DNA of 32,000 bases from assembly GCA_016700375.1 (NCBI GenBank), contig CP065016.1, positions 1,020,001-1,052,000 of the forward strand. Reading direction: 5' to 3'. The DNA is from Candidatus Saccharimonadota bacterium. Lineage in GTDB: Bacteria; Patescibacteriota; Saccharimonadia; Saccharimonadales; UBA4665. The translations under genes and the position numbers were made by a program. Positions 24,096 through 32,000 of this stretch are shown here, piece after piece (position 1 is the stretch's first letter; each line of letters starts with the position of its first letter). A model generated the notes under the pieces. That model was not told the DNA's origin. It worked only from the letters and a program-made list of their open reading frames with translations, and ran no database searches.

Positions 24096-24126
24096 TAAGT
24101 AAATTAGAAGAAGGGCTAGCCCCTCT

Positions 24127-24157
24127 GAATGTTTTTGAACTAAAATCAAAAACATTC
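24127..24157 (+). terminator. Perfect 12-bp hairpin downstream of tRNA-Cys (a second GC hairpin lies at 24106-24126)
   Basis: GAATGTTTTTGA-actaaaa-TCAAAAACATTC. Confidence 0.55.
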
Positions 24158-24216
24158 ACTCCCCCTAAAGCTCGTGCTAACGCACTCGTATAAGAAACTA
24201 ATTGCAGGGGCAATGA

Positions 24217-24621
24217 ATGACTATGAAATCTGTTGTTGTGTGCGGCAGTAAAAAGTATGCACCGGAAATTGCGGCGTTTTGTGCGAGGCTTGAGAAGCTG
24301 GGGGTGTTGGTGTTTGAGCCGAGTTTTCCGAGCGGCGGCGATATTGTGGCTGAAACCGATATGTTCCACTCAGCATTCATCACCAGCAAAGTTTTCAAAG
24401 GTCTGACGCTCGAGCACTTCGACTGGATACGCAAGGCGGAAGTCTGCTATGTGTATAACAAAGATGACTATGTCGGCGCGAGCGTGACTATGGAAATGGC
24501 CTATGCCTCGGCGCTGGGTAAACCTATTTTTGCGCTCAGTCAAAACACGGGCGACCCTTGCCGTGATGCGCTTATAGATAAGGTGATAAGAACGCCTGAG
24601 GCTCTCGCCAAGATACTTTGA
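24217..24621 (+). CDS. Nucleoside 2-deoxyribosyltransferase-like small Rossmann protein
   Basis: KSVVVCGSKKY and YVGASVTMEMAYASALGKPIFAL resemble the NDT-like family. From recollection only. Confidence 0.4.
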   Translation: MTMKSVVVCGSKKYAPEIAAFCARLEKLGVLVFEPSFPSGGDIVAETDMFHSAFITSKVFKGLTLEHFDWIRKAEVCYVYNKDDYVGASVTMEMAYASALGKPIFALSQNTGDPCRDALIDKVIRTPEALAKIL

Positions 24622-24707
24622 ACACGGGCTTTTGCACCCGCACCGCGACTTCCTCTTTTACCAGGAGAGAGTTGATGACCTGGTCGCTGAACGCTGGCTG
24701 TTGCGCC

Positions 24708-26483
24708 CTATTCCGCGACAGCCGTGCCAGCGGAATTCTTTGGCTTTGGGAGGCGCTTTGGAAGCGCAACCAGGGCCGTGACGATGACGGCCACGACCGA
24801 AAGCACAACGAGCACCATCTCACCACCGCCTATGCGCGTCTGGCTGGCGGCAGCGGCAACTTCGGCGGCCTTGGGAATCATCCAGGGCAGGTGATAGGCC
24901 TGTAGGTACGTAATTACACCTATGATGCTCACGAGCGCAAGGCTGTGCAAAATGGTAAACCGAAAGAGCGTTCCTTCTTGCCCGGTGAGGCCAGTCGCAC
25001 CCGTGGCGACGGCGATGCTTTGGGGCGAAATCATCTTTGCCGTCACGCCACCGCTGGTGTTTGCCGCAACGGTGAGGGTGGGGTCAATCCCCAGCGTATG
25101 CGCCGTTTGCTGCTGTATGCCGCCAAAGAGCGCATTAGATGACGTGTCGCTACCCGTAATAAAAACCCCCAACCAGCCAAGAAGCGGTGCAATGAGCGGA
25201 AACCAGTGTCCGGTCACTGTCAGGGCGTGACCGAGTGCAGCCGACATACCAGAAAAATTCGCAAGGTAGGCAAACCCAACTACTGCGGCAATAGTAAGAA
25301 GCGGTTTAGAAAGTTCGCGCAGTGTTTTTTGCACAGTTTCCCAAAATGCCCGCCACGGCATGTGCAGGAGCAGCGCCGACAAAATTGCCGCAAACAAAAT
25401 GGCCGTACCAGCAGCTGACAGCCAGCCAAAACTGTACACAATTTCTTTGGGTTTATCGCCAATCAGGATAGCGTGGTCAAGCGCGCCAAAGGGAATTTTT
25501 AGGCTTGTGTGGTCTAGGAGCGCCTTTATGCCCGTACTGCCCCAGTTGCCCACAAAAATCACCAGCAGCACAAACGGCGTCCAGGCACGCACAATGGTGC
25601 TGGTGGAATGATGGTGCGTTTTGGTGTGCGCTACCGCTGTTTCGGTGCGTTCACTAGGGAAGCGCCAAACCTTTTTTGGTTGCCAAAATTTAAGCAGAAT
25701 GACCATACATGCTATAGACACCACGGCCGAGAGAATGTCGGGAAGCATTGGGCCTATGAACGAAGCCGTTGCAAACATGGTAAGCGCGTACGAGCCGCCA
25801 GCGACGACGAGCGCTGGCCATATTTCTCGCGCCCCTTTCCACCCGGCAATGATGACGGTAAGCCACAGCGGGATAATGGCGGCAATAAACGGTAGCTGGT
25901 GTCCGACCATGCGGCTAATCAGGTTCGGGTCTATATTTGTCACCGTACCGGCCGTAATCACCGCTATGCCTATGCCGCCAAATGCCACTGGTGCGGTGTT
26001 GGCTATGAGGCATATCCCCGCAGCATACAGCGCATTGAAACCGAGGCCTACCAGCATGCCAGCGGTTATTGCCACCGGCGCGCCGAACCCGGCTGAACCT
26101 TCCAAAAACGCGCCAAAACAAAAGGCTATCAGGAGTGCCTGTAGCCGCCGGTCAACCGTAATTGATTCTATAGTGTCGCGCACAATGGCAAAACTGCCGG
26201 TGCGTACCGAAATGTTGTACAAAAGCACAGCATTCAGCACAATCCACCCAATGGGGAAAAGCCCCTGGAGGGCACCGTAGGCCGTCGATAGAAGCGCAAG
26301 GTGCGGCGGCATAGTAAAGGCAAATACCGCGACCAAAAGCGCAAGACCTAGCGTAACCAAGCTGGCTTTCCACCCCGCCATTTTGCGGCTAAGCAGTATG
26401 GCACACAGCGCTACGATTGGCACAGCAGCAACTGCTGCAGACAGCGCGGTATTTTCAAACGGATTCGTGAGTTGTACCCACAT
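24708..26483 (-). CDS. L-lactate permease (LctP/LldP family)
   Basis: 591-aa polytopic protein. The N-terminus MWVQLTNPFENTALSAAVAAVPIV is typical of LctP, and the protein has many TM segments. Confidence 0.85.
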   Translation of the reverse strand: MWVQLTNPFENTALSAAVAAVPIVALCAILLSRKMAGWKASLVTLGLALLVAVFAFTMPPHLALLSTAYGALQGLFPIGWIVLNAVLLYNISVRTGSFAIVRDTIESITVDRRLQALLIAFCFGAFLEGSAGFGAPVAITAGMLVGLGFNALYAAGICLIANTAPVAFGGIGIAVITAGTVTNIDPNLISRMVGHQLPFIAAIIPLWLTVIIAGWKGAREIWPALVVAGGSYALTMFATASFIGPMLPDILSAVVSIACMVILLKFWQPKKVWRFPSERTETAVAHTKTHHHSTSTIVRAWTPFVLLVIFVGNWGSTGIKALLDHTSLKIPFGALDHAILIGDKPKEIVYSFGWLSAAGTAILFAAILSALLLHMPWRAFWETVQKTLRELSKPLLTIAAVVGFAYLANFSGMSAALGHALTVTGHWFPLIAPLLGWLGVFITGSDTSSNALFGGIQQQTAHTLGIDPTLTVAANTSGGVTAKMISPQSIAVATGATGLTGQEGTLFRFTILHSLALVSIIGVITYLQAYHLPWMIPKAAEVAAAASQTRIGGGEMVLVVLSVVAVIVTALVALPKRLPKPKNSAGTAVAE

Positions 26484-26619
26484 GTTATTGTCACTATAGC
26501 ATGCATAAGCGGAATGTGAATAGCACTACTCTTATCCAACGCAAAATGAGCCTGAACCGCCTATCAGGTTCTAAAATACTATGAGCCTGAAATATCGACA
26601 GCTGGCATAGCATGGGAGG

Positions 26620-27873
26620 ATGACTATTACTATGCAGCAACACACGCTACCAACTATTGAAGAACTCAGACAGTTTGTCTCAGGCACTCAGTCACTTGAC
26701 CTTACAATCGTACATAAGCAAGAGGCTTATGCCTGGTTACAGCAACTGGTCGTTCGTCTTGACTACCAGCACTTGGGCAAAAAAGACAAAGGCGTCGTTC
26801 GAGAATACGCCATAGCCGTCACGGGGTACAGCCGTGCCCAGGTGACTCGGCTTATTGGACAGTACCTGCGGACTGGCTGTATTGCGCTGGAGCCAGTGAA
26901 CATGAGAAACCAGTTTGCACTGCGCTACACGCGTGAAGACATTGGGCTGCTAGCAGAGCTGGATGATGCCCATGATCGGCTCAGTGGCAAAGCGGCAAAA
27001 GTTCTAGCCCAACGAGCCTTTGTGACATTTGGCGATGCACGCTACGAACGACTTAGCGCAATCTCCGTCAGCCACATATACAATCTACGTGGCACCGTAA
27101 CATACCGTAACCAAAGCCATACGTTCACCAAAACGCAAGCAACAACAATAGCTATTGGCGAGCGCCGCAAACCACGCCCGAACGGTCAACCTGGCTTCAT
27201 CCGTATAGATACTGTCCACCAGGGAGATAAGGACAAAGAAAAGGGTGTGTACCACATCAATCTGGTTGATGAAGTTACCCAGTGGGAGGTGGTGGTCGCG
27301 GTCGAGAGAATCACTGAGCGTTACATGCTGCCAGCCCTCGAAGCAGCTTTGGTGCTGTTCCCATTTGTCATTGTAGAATTCCACGCCGACAATGGCTCGG
27401 AGTACATCAACAAACAAGTTGCTGCCCTCCTGAAAGCAATGCTCATCAAGCTCAGTAAGTCTCGAGCCTACCAAAGCGGAGACAATGGATTGGTTGAAAC
27501 CAAGAATGGTAGCATTATCCGAAAAGCCCTAGGCTATGCGCATATACCCAGGGAATATGCTCCGGATATTAACAGCTGGTACTGTACGTGGTTTGTGCCC
27601 TACCTGAACTTCCACCGACCCTGCGGTTACCGCATAACGAGCGTTGACTCAAAGACGGGCAAGAGGACACATCGCTACCCAGTCAATGGGTACATGGTAC
27701 CGTACGAGAAGCTGAAGTCATTGCCAGACGCCAAACAATACCTGAAGACAGGCAGCAGTTTTGAGAAACTAGACGAAGTGGCGTATGCTGAAAGTGATAC
27801 AGCTTGGGCGATAGCCATGAACAAAGCAAAAGACCAGTTGTTGAAACCCCAATCACGCATTAGCCACCAATAG
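26620..27873 (+). CDS. DDE (rve) transposase, copy 2, with its C-terminus rewritten by the nested insertion
   Basis: Identical to the copy-1 protein through ...NKAKDQLLK. The last 6 aa (TLYTKR) are then replaced by PQSRISHQ, read from the left end of the IS982-like element. Confidence 0.85.
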   Translation: MTITMQQHTLPTIEELRQFVSGTQSLDLTIVHKQEAYAWLQQLVVRLDYQHLGKKDKGVVREYAIAVTGYSRAQVTRLIGQYLRTGCIALEPVNMRNQFALRYTREDIGLLAELDDAHDRLSGKAAKVLAQRAFVTFGDARYERLSAISVSHIYNLRGTVTYRNQSHTFTKTQATTIAIGERRKPRPNGQPGFIRIDTVHQGDKDKEKGVYHINLVDEVTQWEVVVAVERITERYMLPALEAALVLFPFVIVEFHADNGSEYINKQVAALLKAMLIKLSKSRAYQSGDNGLVETKNGSIIRKALGYAHIPREYAPDINSWYCTWFVPYLNFHRPCGYRITSVDSKTGKRTHRYPVNGYMVPYEKLKSLPDAKQYLKTGSSFEKLDEVAYAESDTAWAIAMNKAKDQLLKPQSRISHQ

Positions 27874-28748
27874 ATAAAGCACGCTACAATTTCTCTTGTA
27901 AATCTTTCAAAACAAACAGGAGGAAAATATGCGTGCTTTACAGAGGAATAATATCGTAGATGTGTTTGTTTGGGTAGACGACATAGTCGTCCAACCAAAC
28001 AAACGAGGTCAGCATCCGGCCCTTAAAGACAGTGAACTCCTCACTATCCTCATATGGGATGGCCTCACCGAACCCCACAAAAACCTTTCGAGTTTGTACG
28101 GCTGGGCTTGCAGAGAGTACTCGGATTGTTTTCCTCATATGCCCAAGTACCAAAACTTTGTGGCTCACGTGCATCGATTACTGCCACAGATGGTTTGGTT
28201 GCTACAGACGCTTCTAGCAAGCGGAGCACCGCTCCGCTTTGTCGACAGCACAATGCTCCCCGTCTGTAAGCCCATACGTGCTAACAGACACAAAGTAGCC
28301 AAGGGTGTAGCCGACTTTGGCAAGAACTGGCAAGGGTGGCACTACGGGTTCAAGCTCCATGCGGCCATAGATTACAACAACAGGTTAGCAGCTGTTGTAT
28401 TTACTCCTGCTAATGAACACGACAATCAGCACATCGAACAACTCGTGAATGACCACACGAAGATACTTGTCGGCGATAGTCACTACGGTGGCAGCGTCAT
28501 GCGCAAGCGACTCTGGAAGAAACATAAAACTATAGTGATCGCACCACCGCATCATACTCAAAGAAAGAAATTAGCCGCAGACTGGCAAATGCTTTTGCTC
28601 CACATGAGACCAAAGATAGAAGCTACCTTCGGTAAGCTTAAGGAACACCACTTCCTGGTCACTTCGTTCCCAAGAAGTGTTAAAGGTTACTTTACACACT
28701 ATGTGCGGGTACTACTTGGTTACCAGATGGCTAATGCGTGATTGGGGT
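27846..28748 (+). mobile_element. IS982-family-like insertion sequence (903 bp) nested in IS copy 2
   Basis: Perfect 21-bp terminal inverted repeats: ACCCCAATCACGCATTAGCCA and TGGCTAATGCGTGATTGGGGT. 6-bp target duplication GTTGAA (27840-27845 and 28749-28754). The uninterrupted target is visible in copy 1. Confidence 0.9.
27929..28741 (+). CDS. IS982-family DDE transposase (270 aa)
   Basis: FVDSTMLPVCKPIRANRHK, GWHYGFKLHAAID, FTPANEHDNQ, VGDSHYGG, RPKIEATFGKLKEHH. This layout is typical of IS982/DDE_Tnp_1 transposases. Confidence 0.85.
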   Translation: MRALQRNNIVDVFVWVDDIVVQPNKRGQHPALKDSELLTILIWDGLTEPHKNLSSLYGWACREYSDCFPHMPKYQNFVAHVHRLLPQMVWLLQTLLASGAPLRFVDSTMLPVCKPIRANRHKVAKGVADFGKNWQGWHYGFKLHAAIDYNNRLAAVVFTPANEHDNQHIEQLVNDHTKILVGDSHYGGSVMRKRLWKKHKTIVIAPPHHTQRKKLAADWQMLLLHMRPKIEATFGKLKEHHFLVTSFPRSVKGYFTHYVRVLLGYQMANA

Positions 28749-28950
28749 GTTGAAGACACTATATACAAAACGCTAGCTGTTTGTTTCTGGTAGCTTCAGG
28801 CTCATTCTTGGATTGGAATATACTGCACTAGCACTTGGAATAGTCGCGCAGACGGGTAGGCGGAGCAGCTGAAAAATAATCTATCCGACTATTCCGACTC
28901 ATAACGAGTCTATTCGTGTATAGTTATATATACGTAATTGGAGGAAGTAT

Positions 28951-29541
28951 ATGAAACTATCAAAAGGCATGATGACACTTGGTATTGTGGGTGTATTATT
29001 GCTAAGCCTGCTCGGCTGGTTTGTCGGCGGCTACAACGGGCTCGTTACGCAGCGCAACAAAGTTGACCAAGCTGCGGCACAACTCGACAGCGCCTACCAG
29101 CGTCGGTTTGACCTTGTGCCGAACCTCGTCGAAAGCGTCAAGGGGGCACAAGCCCAAGAGCAAAAAGTATTTGGTGACCTCGCAGCGGCTCGCACGCAGT
29201 ATGGCGGCGCAAAATCCACCGAAGACCGGCTGGCTGCCTCGCAGCAGTACGAAAGTGCCCTGAGTCGGTTGCTGGTTGTCGTAGAGAACTACCCAGAACT
29301 GCGTAGTGTCGAAACCGTCCAGAACCTTATGGTTCAGCTAGAGGGCACGGAAAATCGCATAAAAGTAGAACGCGATAACTACAGCGCCGTCGCCACCACC
29401 TACAACACCATGATTCAGCGCTTCCCCAAAAACATTCTGGCTGGCATGTTTGGTTTTGACAAAAAAGACCTATACACTGCGCAAACCGGTGCCGAAAATG
29501 CTCCAAAGGTCAACTTAACCCAGCCAGCCGCTGCTCAATAA
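28951..29541 (+). CDS. lemA: LemA family protein
   Basis: N-terminal TM, then YNGLVTQRNKVDQAAAQLDSAYQRRFDLVPNLVESVKG and NYPELRS, the LemA hallmark motifs. Confidence 0.88.
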   Translation: MKLSKGMMTLGIVGVLLLSLLGWFVGGYNGLVTQRNKVDQAAAQLDSAYQRRFDLVPNLVESVKGAQAQEQKVFGDLAAARTQYGGAKSTEDRLAASQQYESALSRLLVVVENYPELRSVETVQNLMVQLEGTENRIKVERDNYSAVATTYNTMIQRFPKNILAGMFGFDKKDLYTAQTGAENAPKVNLTQPAAAQ

Positions 29542-29547
29542 AGACAC

Positions 29548-29643
29548 TGTCATCCTGAACTTGTTTCAGGATCCATGCGTTTCTTGCCGTGGCACGTTTT
29601 GGCGGAAAGCACCATGGATTCCGGCGCGATGGCCGGAATGACA
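29548..29643. repeat. 96-bp palindromic MITE/REP-like element between lemA and the TPM gene
   Basis: The inverted ends are TGTCATCC...GGATCCATG and CATGGATTCC...GGAATGACA. Each end forms its own hairpin: ATCCTGAA-cttg-(t)TTCAGGAT and ATTCCGGC-gcgatg-GCCGGAAT. Confidence 0.5.
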
Positions 29644-29659
29644 AAGTCATAAGGATGAA

Positions 29660-30568
29660 ATGAAACTAATCCGCTCCATCACCGCTGGTTTTCTGATTGC
29701 ACTTGCAGCTACTAGTGTATGGAATGTCACTGCTTCCGCGCTCGATATCCCGTCATCCCCAAAACAAACTGCCATACTTGACCAGGCAAATGTTATAGAT
29801 GATGCCACCGAAGCGCAGTTGAGTCAAAAACTCATCGACTATAAGGCGAAGACGGGAAACGAAATAGCCGTGCTGACCATAAAAAGTTTGCAAGGCGAAG
29901 ACGACTTCGACTACAGTTTCCGCGTAGCACAGAGCTGGGGAATTGGCAGTAAAGAAGCGAACAACGGGGCGCTCCTATTTATGGCGCTTCAGGACAGAAA
30001 AGTGCGTATACAGGTTGGGCGCGGGCTAGAACCGTACCTTACTGACCTACAAAGTAGCCTCATTATCCGTGAAAAAATAACGCCAGCGTTTAAACAAGGC
30101 AACTATACTGCCGGCATCACGAGCGGGGTCGACAGCATGATTGCCGTTATTGGCGGGGAACGACTAAGTGAGCCAAAGAAAACTCTGCCGAGCGGAGGAG
30201 TCCTAGAGTTCTTCGTCTACGCTGGCATTTTTGTTCTTGCCTACCTTGCTTCGTTCCTAGCGCGTACCAAGAGCTGGTGGGCAGGTGGCGTCATAGGTTC
30301 TATACCCGGTATAATCCTGTTTTTCACCGCGGCTGCCCTGTTGGCCTCTGTTGTGTTTAGCCTGGGATTGCTACTGGGCTTACTACTCGACTACCTGCTT
30401 TCCAAAAATTATCGGTCGCGGGCAGCCAGTGGCGATGACACTGGTTTCTGGGGAAGTGGCGGCGGTTTCTTTGGCGGCTCCGGTGGGTTTGGCAGTTCGG
30501 GCGGAGGCGGTTTTGGCGGCTTCAGCGGCGGCTCGTTCGGCGGTGGCGGCTCCGGCGGCAGCTGGTGA
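29660..30568 (+). CDS. TPM-domain (YgcG/DUF477-like) membrane protein with Gly-rich C-terminal tail
   Basis: Signal peptide and a TPM phosphatase-like domain (ILDQANVIDDATEAQL..EIAVLTI..NNGALLFMALQDRKVRIQVG). TM helices follow, then the GGGFFGGSGGFGSSGGGGFGGFSGG tail. It forms the conserved pair with lemA. Confidence 0.85.
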   Translation: MKLIRSITAGFLIALAATSVWNVTASALDIPSSPKQTAILDQANVIDDATEAQLSQKLIDYKAKTGNEIAVLTIKSLQGEDDFDYSFRVAQSWGIGSKEANNGALLFMALQDRKVRIQVGRGLEPYLTDLQSSLIIREKITPAFKQGNYTAGITSGVDSMIAVIGGERLSEPKKTLPSGGVLEFFVYAGIFVLAYLASFLARTKSWWAGGVIGSIPGIILFFTAAALLASVVFSLGLLLGLLLDYLLSKNYRSRAASGDDTGFWGSGGGFFGGSGGFGSSGGGGFGGFSGGSFGGGGSGGSW

Positions 30569-30610
30569 GGCTATTCTCGTGTCCCCATGTCTTTGGTACA
30601 ATGACGATAG

Positions 30611-30695
30611 GCGCGGGTGGTGGAATGGTAGACACTCAGCACTTAAAATGCTGTGACCAAAAGTCGTGCGGGTTCAAGTCCCGCCCCGCGCACCA
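30611..30695 (+). tRNA. tRNA-Leu (UAA), type II with long variable arm
   Basis: GCGCGGG-TG-GTG-GAATGGTAGA-CAC-T-CAGCA-CTTAAAA-TGCTG-TGACCAAAAGTCGT-GCGGG-TTCAAGT-CCCGC-CCCGCGC-A-CCA. Confidence 0.92.
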
Positions 30696-30718
30696 ATTCT
30701 GAGTAAAAATCCAAATAT

Positions 30719-30741
30719 TCGCCCTTCTGGGCGATTTTTTG
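30719..30741 (+). terminator. Rho-independent terminator after tRNA-Leu
   Basis: TCGCCC-ttct-GGGCGA followed by TTTTTT. Confidence 0.75.
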
Positions 30742-30752
30742 GTTCAGATTTC

Positions 30753-31115
30753 TTAGTTCCCGCCATAAGCAAAACCCACTTTCCGCCCCCTTTCAAAAAG
30801 TGGGTTTTGGGCTTTCGCCGTTTGGGTTTGGGTGAGGGTTTTGCTGAGCAAAAACAGGTTCAATCCAAAGATTTCAGACAAGACGGCTTTTTGTCCGCTA
30901 AAGTCGTCGGTTTCGCGCAAATAACAGATAGATTTTGCGGTTTTGAGCCAATTTTGCATAGGTTCTATCCACGAATTTTGGTTGGTTGTTATGTTCGTCA
31001 AACTTTCCTCTAAACTTTTCTTTTCGCTCAAAATCTCCGATTTTTTAGCGAGAAAGGTTTGGCGGTCTATGTCTTGGTCAAATATGTACGATGTTATAAT
31101 TGCAATATGACAATA
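30753..31115 (-). pseudogene. 5'-truncated ORF, possibly the C-terminal remnant of a (serine) recombinase-type gene next to tRNA-Leu
   Basis: The frame is open from an upstream TGA (31116-31118) with no ATG; the track used a TTG at 31031. The coiled segment ...FLAKKSEILSEKKSLEESL..NSWIEPMQNWLKTAKS..FGLNLFLLSKTL resembles recombinase C-termini from memory only. Confidence 0.3.
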
Positions 31116-31140
31116 TCAAGGATAACAAAGGCCTATAAAT

Positions 31141-31575
31141 ATGCTCATTAAAGCTAGATCGTTCGCAGAATATTTTGATAAAGCCGGTACTTTTGGTCCC
31201 GAACTTGCCGTAGTCGATTCGCTAATTCGTCTGCATGCTCCCGATATGCAACCCGTCCTATTCCCAACAAGCGGTGGTGTAAGCTTGGGTTACGGTGAGA
31301 TGCAGTATCAGCCGAAATCCGCCAAAACGCCGACAACCTGGCCGGTACTTGCGCTAGCGGCTCAGAAGCACTACATGGCTTTGTACGCATGTGCAATAGT
31401 CGACGACCAGTATGTGGCCGAAAAGTACGCTCCCGAGCTTGGCAAAGTCAACGTCGGCAAAAGCTGTATTCGGTTTAAGCGGCTGAGCGACATCCACGAA
31501 GAGGCACTTATGGCTATGCTGGAAGATATCAACATGCGATATAAAAATGGCGAACTTCACTACAGCCAGTGGTAA
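31141..31575 (+). CDS. DUF1801 (YdhG-like) domain protein
   Basis: 144-aa ORF containing WPVLALAAQKHYMALY and GKSCIRFKRLSDIHEEAL, which match the usual DUF1801 C-terminal pattern. Confidence 0.5.
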   Translation: MLIKARSFAEYFDKAGTFGPELAVVDSLIRLHAPDMQPVLFPTSGGVSLGYGEMQYQPKSAKTPTTWPVLALAAQKHYMALYACAIVDDQYVAEKYAPELGKVNVGKSCIRFKRLSDIHEEALMAMLEDINMRYKNGELHYSQW

Positions 31576-31590
31576 TTAAAGGAGGTATTT

Positions 31591-32000
31591 ATGAGCAGAG
31601 CAACAACTAAAGCAGAGCTCGTAAAAGCTTCTGAAGATCAATTTACGAAGATTTGGGAACTTGTCAACTCCTTGTCTGGCGATGAGCAAGAGGCTACCTT
31701 TGCCTTTGGCGATTTAGTTGCGAATAAAAAAGAAGCTCACTGGAAGCGCGATAAAAACCTGCGTGACGTGCTCGTACATTTGTACGAGTGGCATCAGCTA
31801 CTTCTTGACTGGATACAATCCAACCAACACGGCAAAAACCAACCATTTTTGCCCGAGCCGTACAACTGGAAGACATACGGCAAGATGAACGTAGAGTTTT
31901 GGGAGAAACATCAAACAACTACATATGTCATGGCGAGGACGATGGTGCTTGCCAGTCACAAAGAAGTAATGCAGTTGATTGATTCGCTATCTGACAAGGA
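31591..32000 (+). CDS. ClbS/DfsB-family (DUF1706) four-helix-bundle protein; 3' end off the window
   Basis: Absent from the track because it has no stop. AAAGGAGG lies 8 nt upstream of the ATG. Translation gives MSRATTKAELVKASEDQF..HWKRDKNLRDVLVHLYEWHQLLLDWIQSNQHGKNQPFLPEPYNWKTYGKMNVEFWEKHQ, which matches the ClbS/DfsB signature. Confidence 0.8.
   Translation, partial: MSRATTKAELVKASEDQFTKIWELVNSLSGDEQEATFAFGDLVANKKEAHWKRDKNLRDVLVHLYEWHQLLLDWIQSNQHGKNQPFLPEPYNWKTYGKMNVEFWEKHQTTTYVMARTMVLASHKEVMQLIDSLSDK

Larger units (their letters stand above)
26528..28824 (+). mobile_element. Insertion sequence copy 2 (same 1388-bp element as 4895-6282, opposite orientation), interrupted by a nested IS
   Basis: Flanked by the 5-bp duplication GCACT (26523-26527 and 28825-28829). 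1318 + 76 - 6 bp = 1388 bp once the nested element and its duplication are removed. Confidence 0.9.

Noticed and set aside
24922-26373. Multiple ORFs of 60-219 aa inside the lactate permease gene (both antisense and same-strand out-of-frame), e.g. 25621..26280
   Set aside because: These are alternative-frame ORFs in a GC-rich membrane-protein gene with Arg/Ala/Pro-rich, low-complexity translations. They are typical shadow ORFs.
4895-28824. A composite transposon formed by the two IS copies
   Set aside because: Each copy has its own matched 5-bp duplication (GCCGC and GCACT). This indicates two independent insertions rather than one composite insertion. The enclosed genes include housekeeping tRNAs.
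30666-31013. 115-aa plus-strand ORF starting inside tRNA-Leu
   Set aside because: It begins within the tRNA T-arm and runs through the terminator. Its translation is implausible.
1-32000. CRISPR arrays, rRNA genes, prophage structural genes, toxin-antitoxin pairs
   Set aside because: I scanned for regularly spaced direct repeats, rRNA-like conserved strings, and capsid, terminase or small paired ORFs. None was found. The only regular repeats are the IS copies and the tRNA-linked modules described above.

Overview
Bacterial chromosomal window. The backbone looks roughly 50% GC or higher by eye (not computed). It carries housekeeping and transport genes: purF (partial), murB, an XRE regulator, GH37 trehalase, GH13 alpha-glucosidase, a CDA-fold deaminase, a VIT1/CCC1 transporter, a prephenate-dehydratase-like gene, TerC, L-lactate permease, the LemA/TPM pair, DUF1801 and ClbS/DfsB (partial). 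There are four canonical tRNAs with encoded CCA: Phe-GAA, Gly-GCC, Cys-GCA and Leu-UAA. The middle of the window (about 12-21 kb) is visibly more AT-rich and looks accessory. Three things stand out. (1) A minus-strand two-gene operon at 15147-20659 encodes a 1290-aa DUF4011-type SF1B helicase fused to a Vsr/DUF559-like endonuclease and a WYL-like tail, followed by a 487-aa OLD-family ATPase-TOPRIM nuclease. It follows Gabija-like logic with different parts and is my best candidate for an undescribed defence system. (2) Six copies of a roughly 90-240 nt RNA-like module (three hairpins with compensatory changes and conserved linkers) sit in or next to tRNA or tRNA-like sequences. Two diverged copies bracket the defence operon, one interrupts a tRNA-like gene at the T-arm, and one interrupts a tRNA-Gly pseudogene. 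(3) Two copies of a 1388-bp rve/DDE insertion sequence, identical wherever I compared them, lie in inverted orientation 20.2 kb apart. Each has its own intact 5-bp target duplication, and the second copy carries a nested 903-bp IS982-like element with perfect 21-bp inverted repeats and a 6-bp duplication. No CRISPR array or rRNA was seen. All protein calls come from motif recognition by eye; no database search was run.
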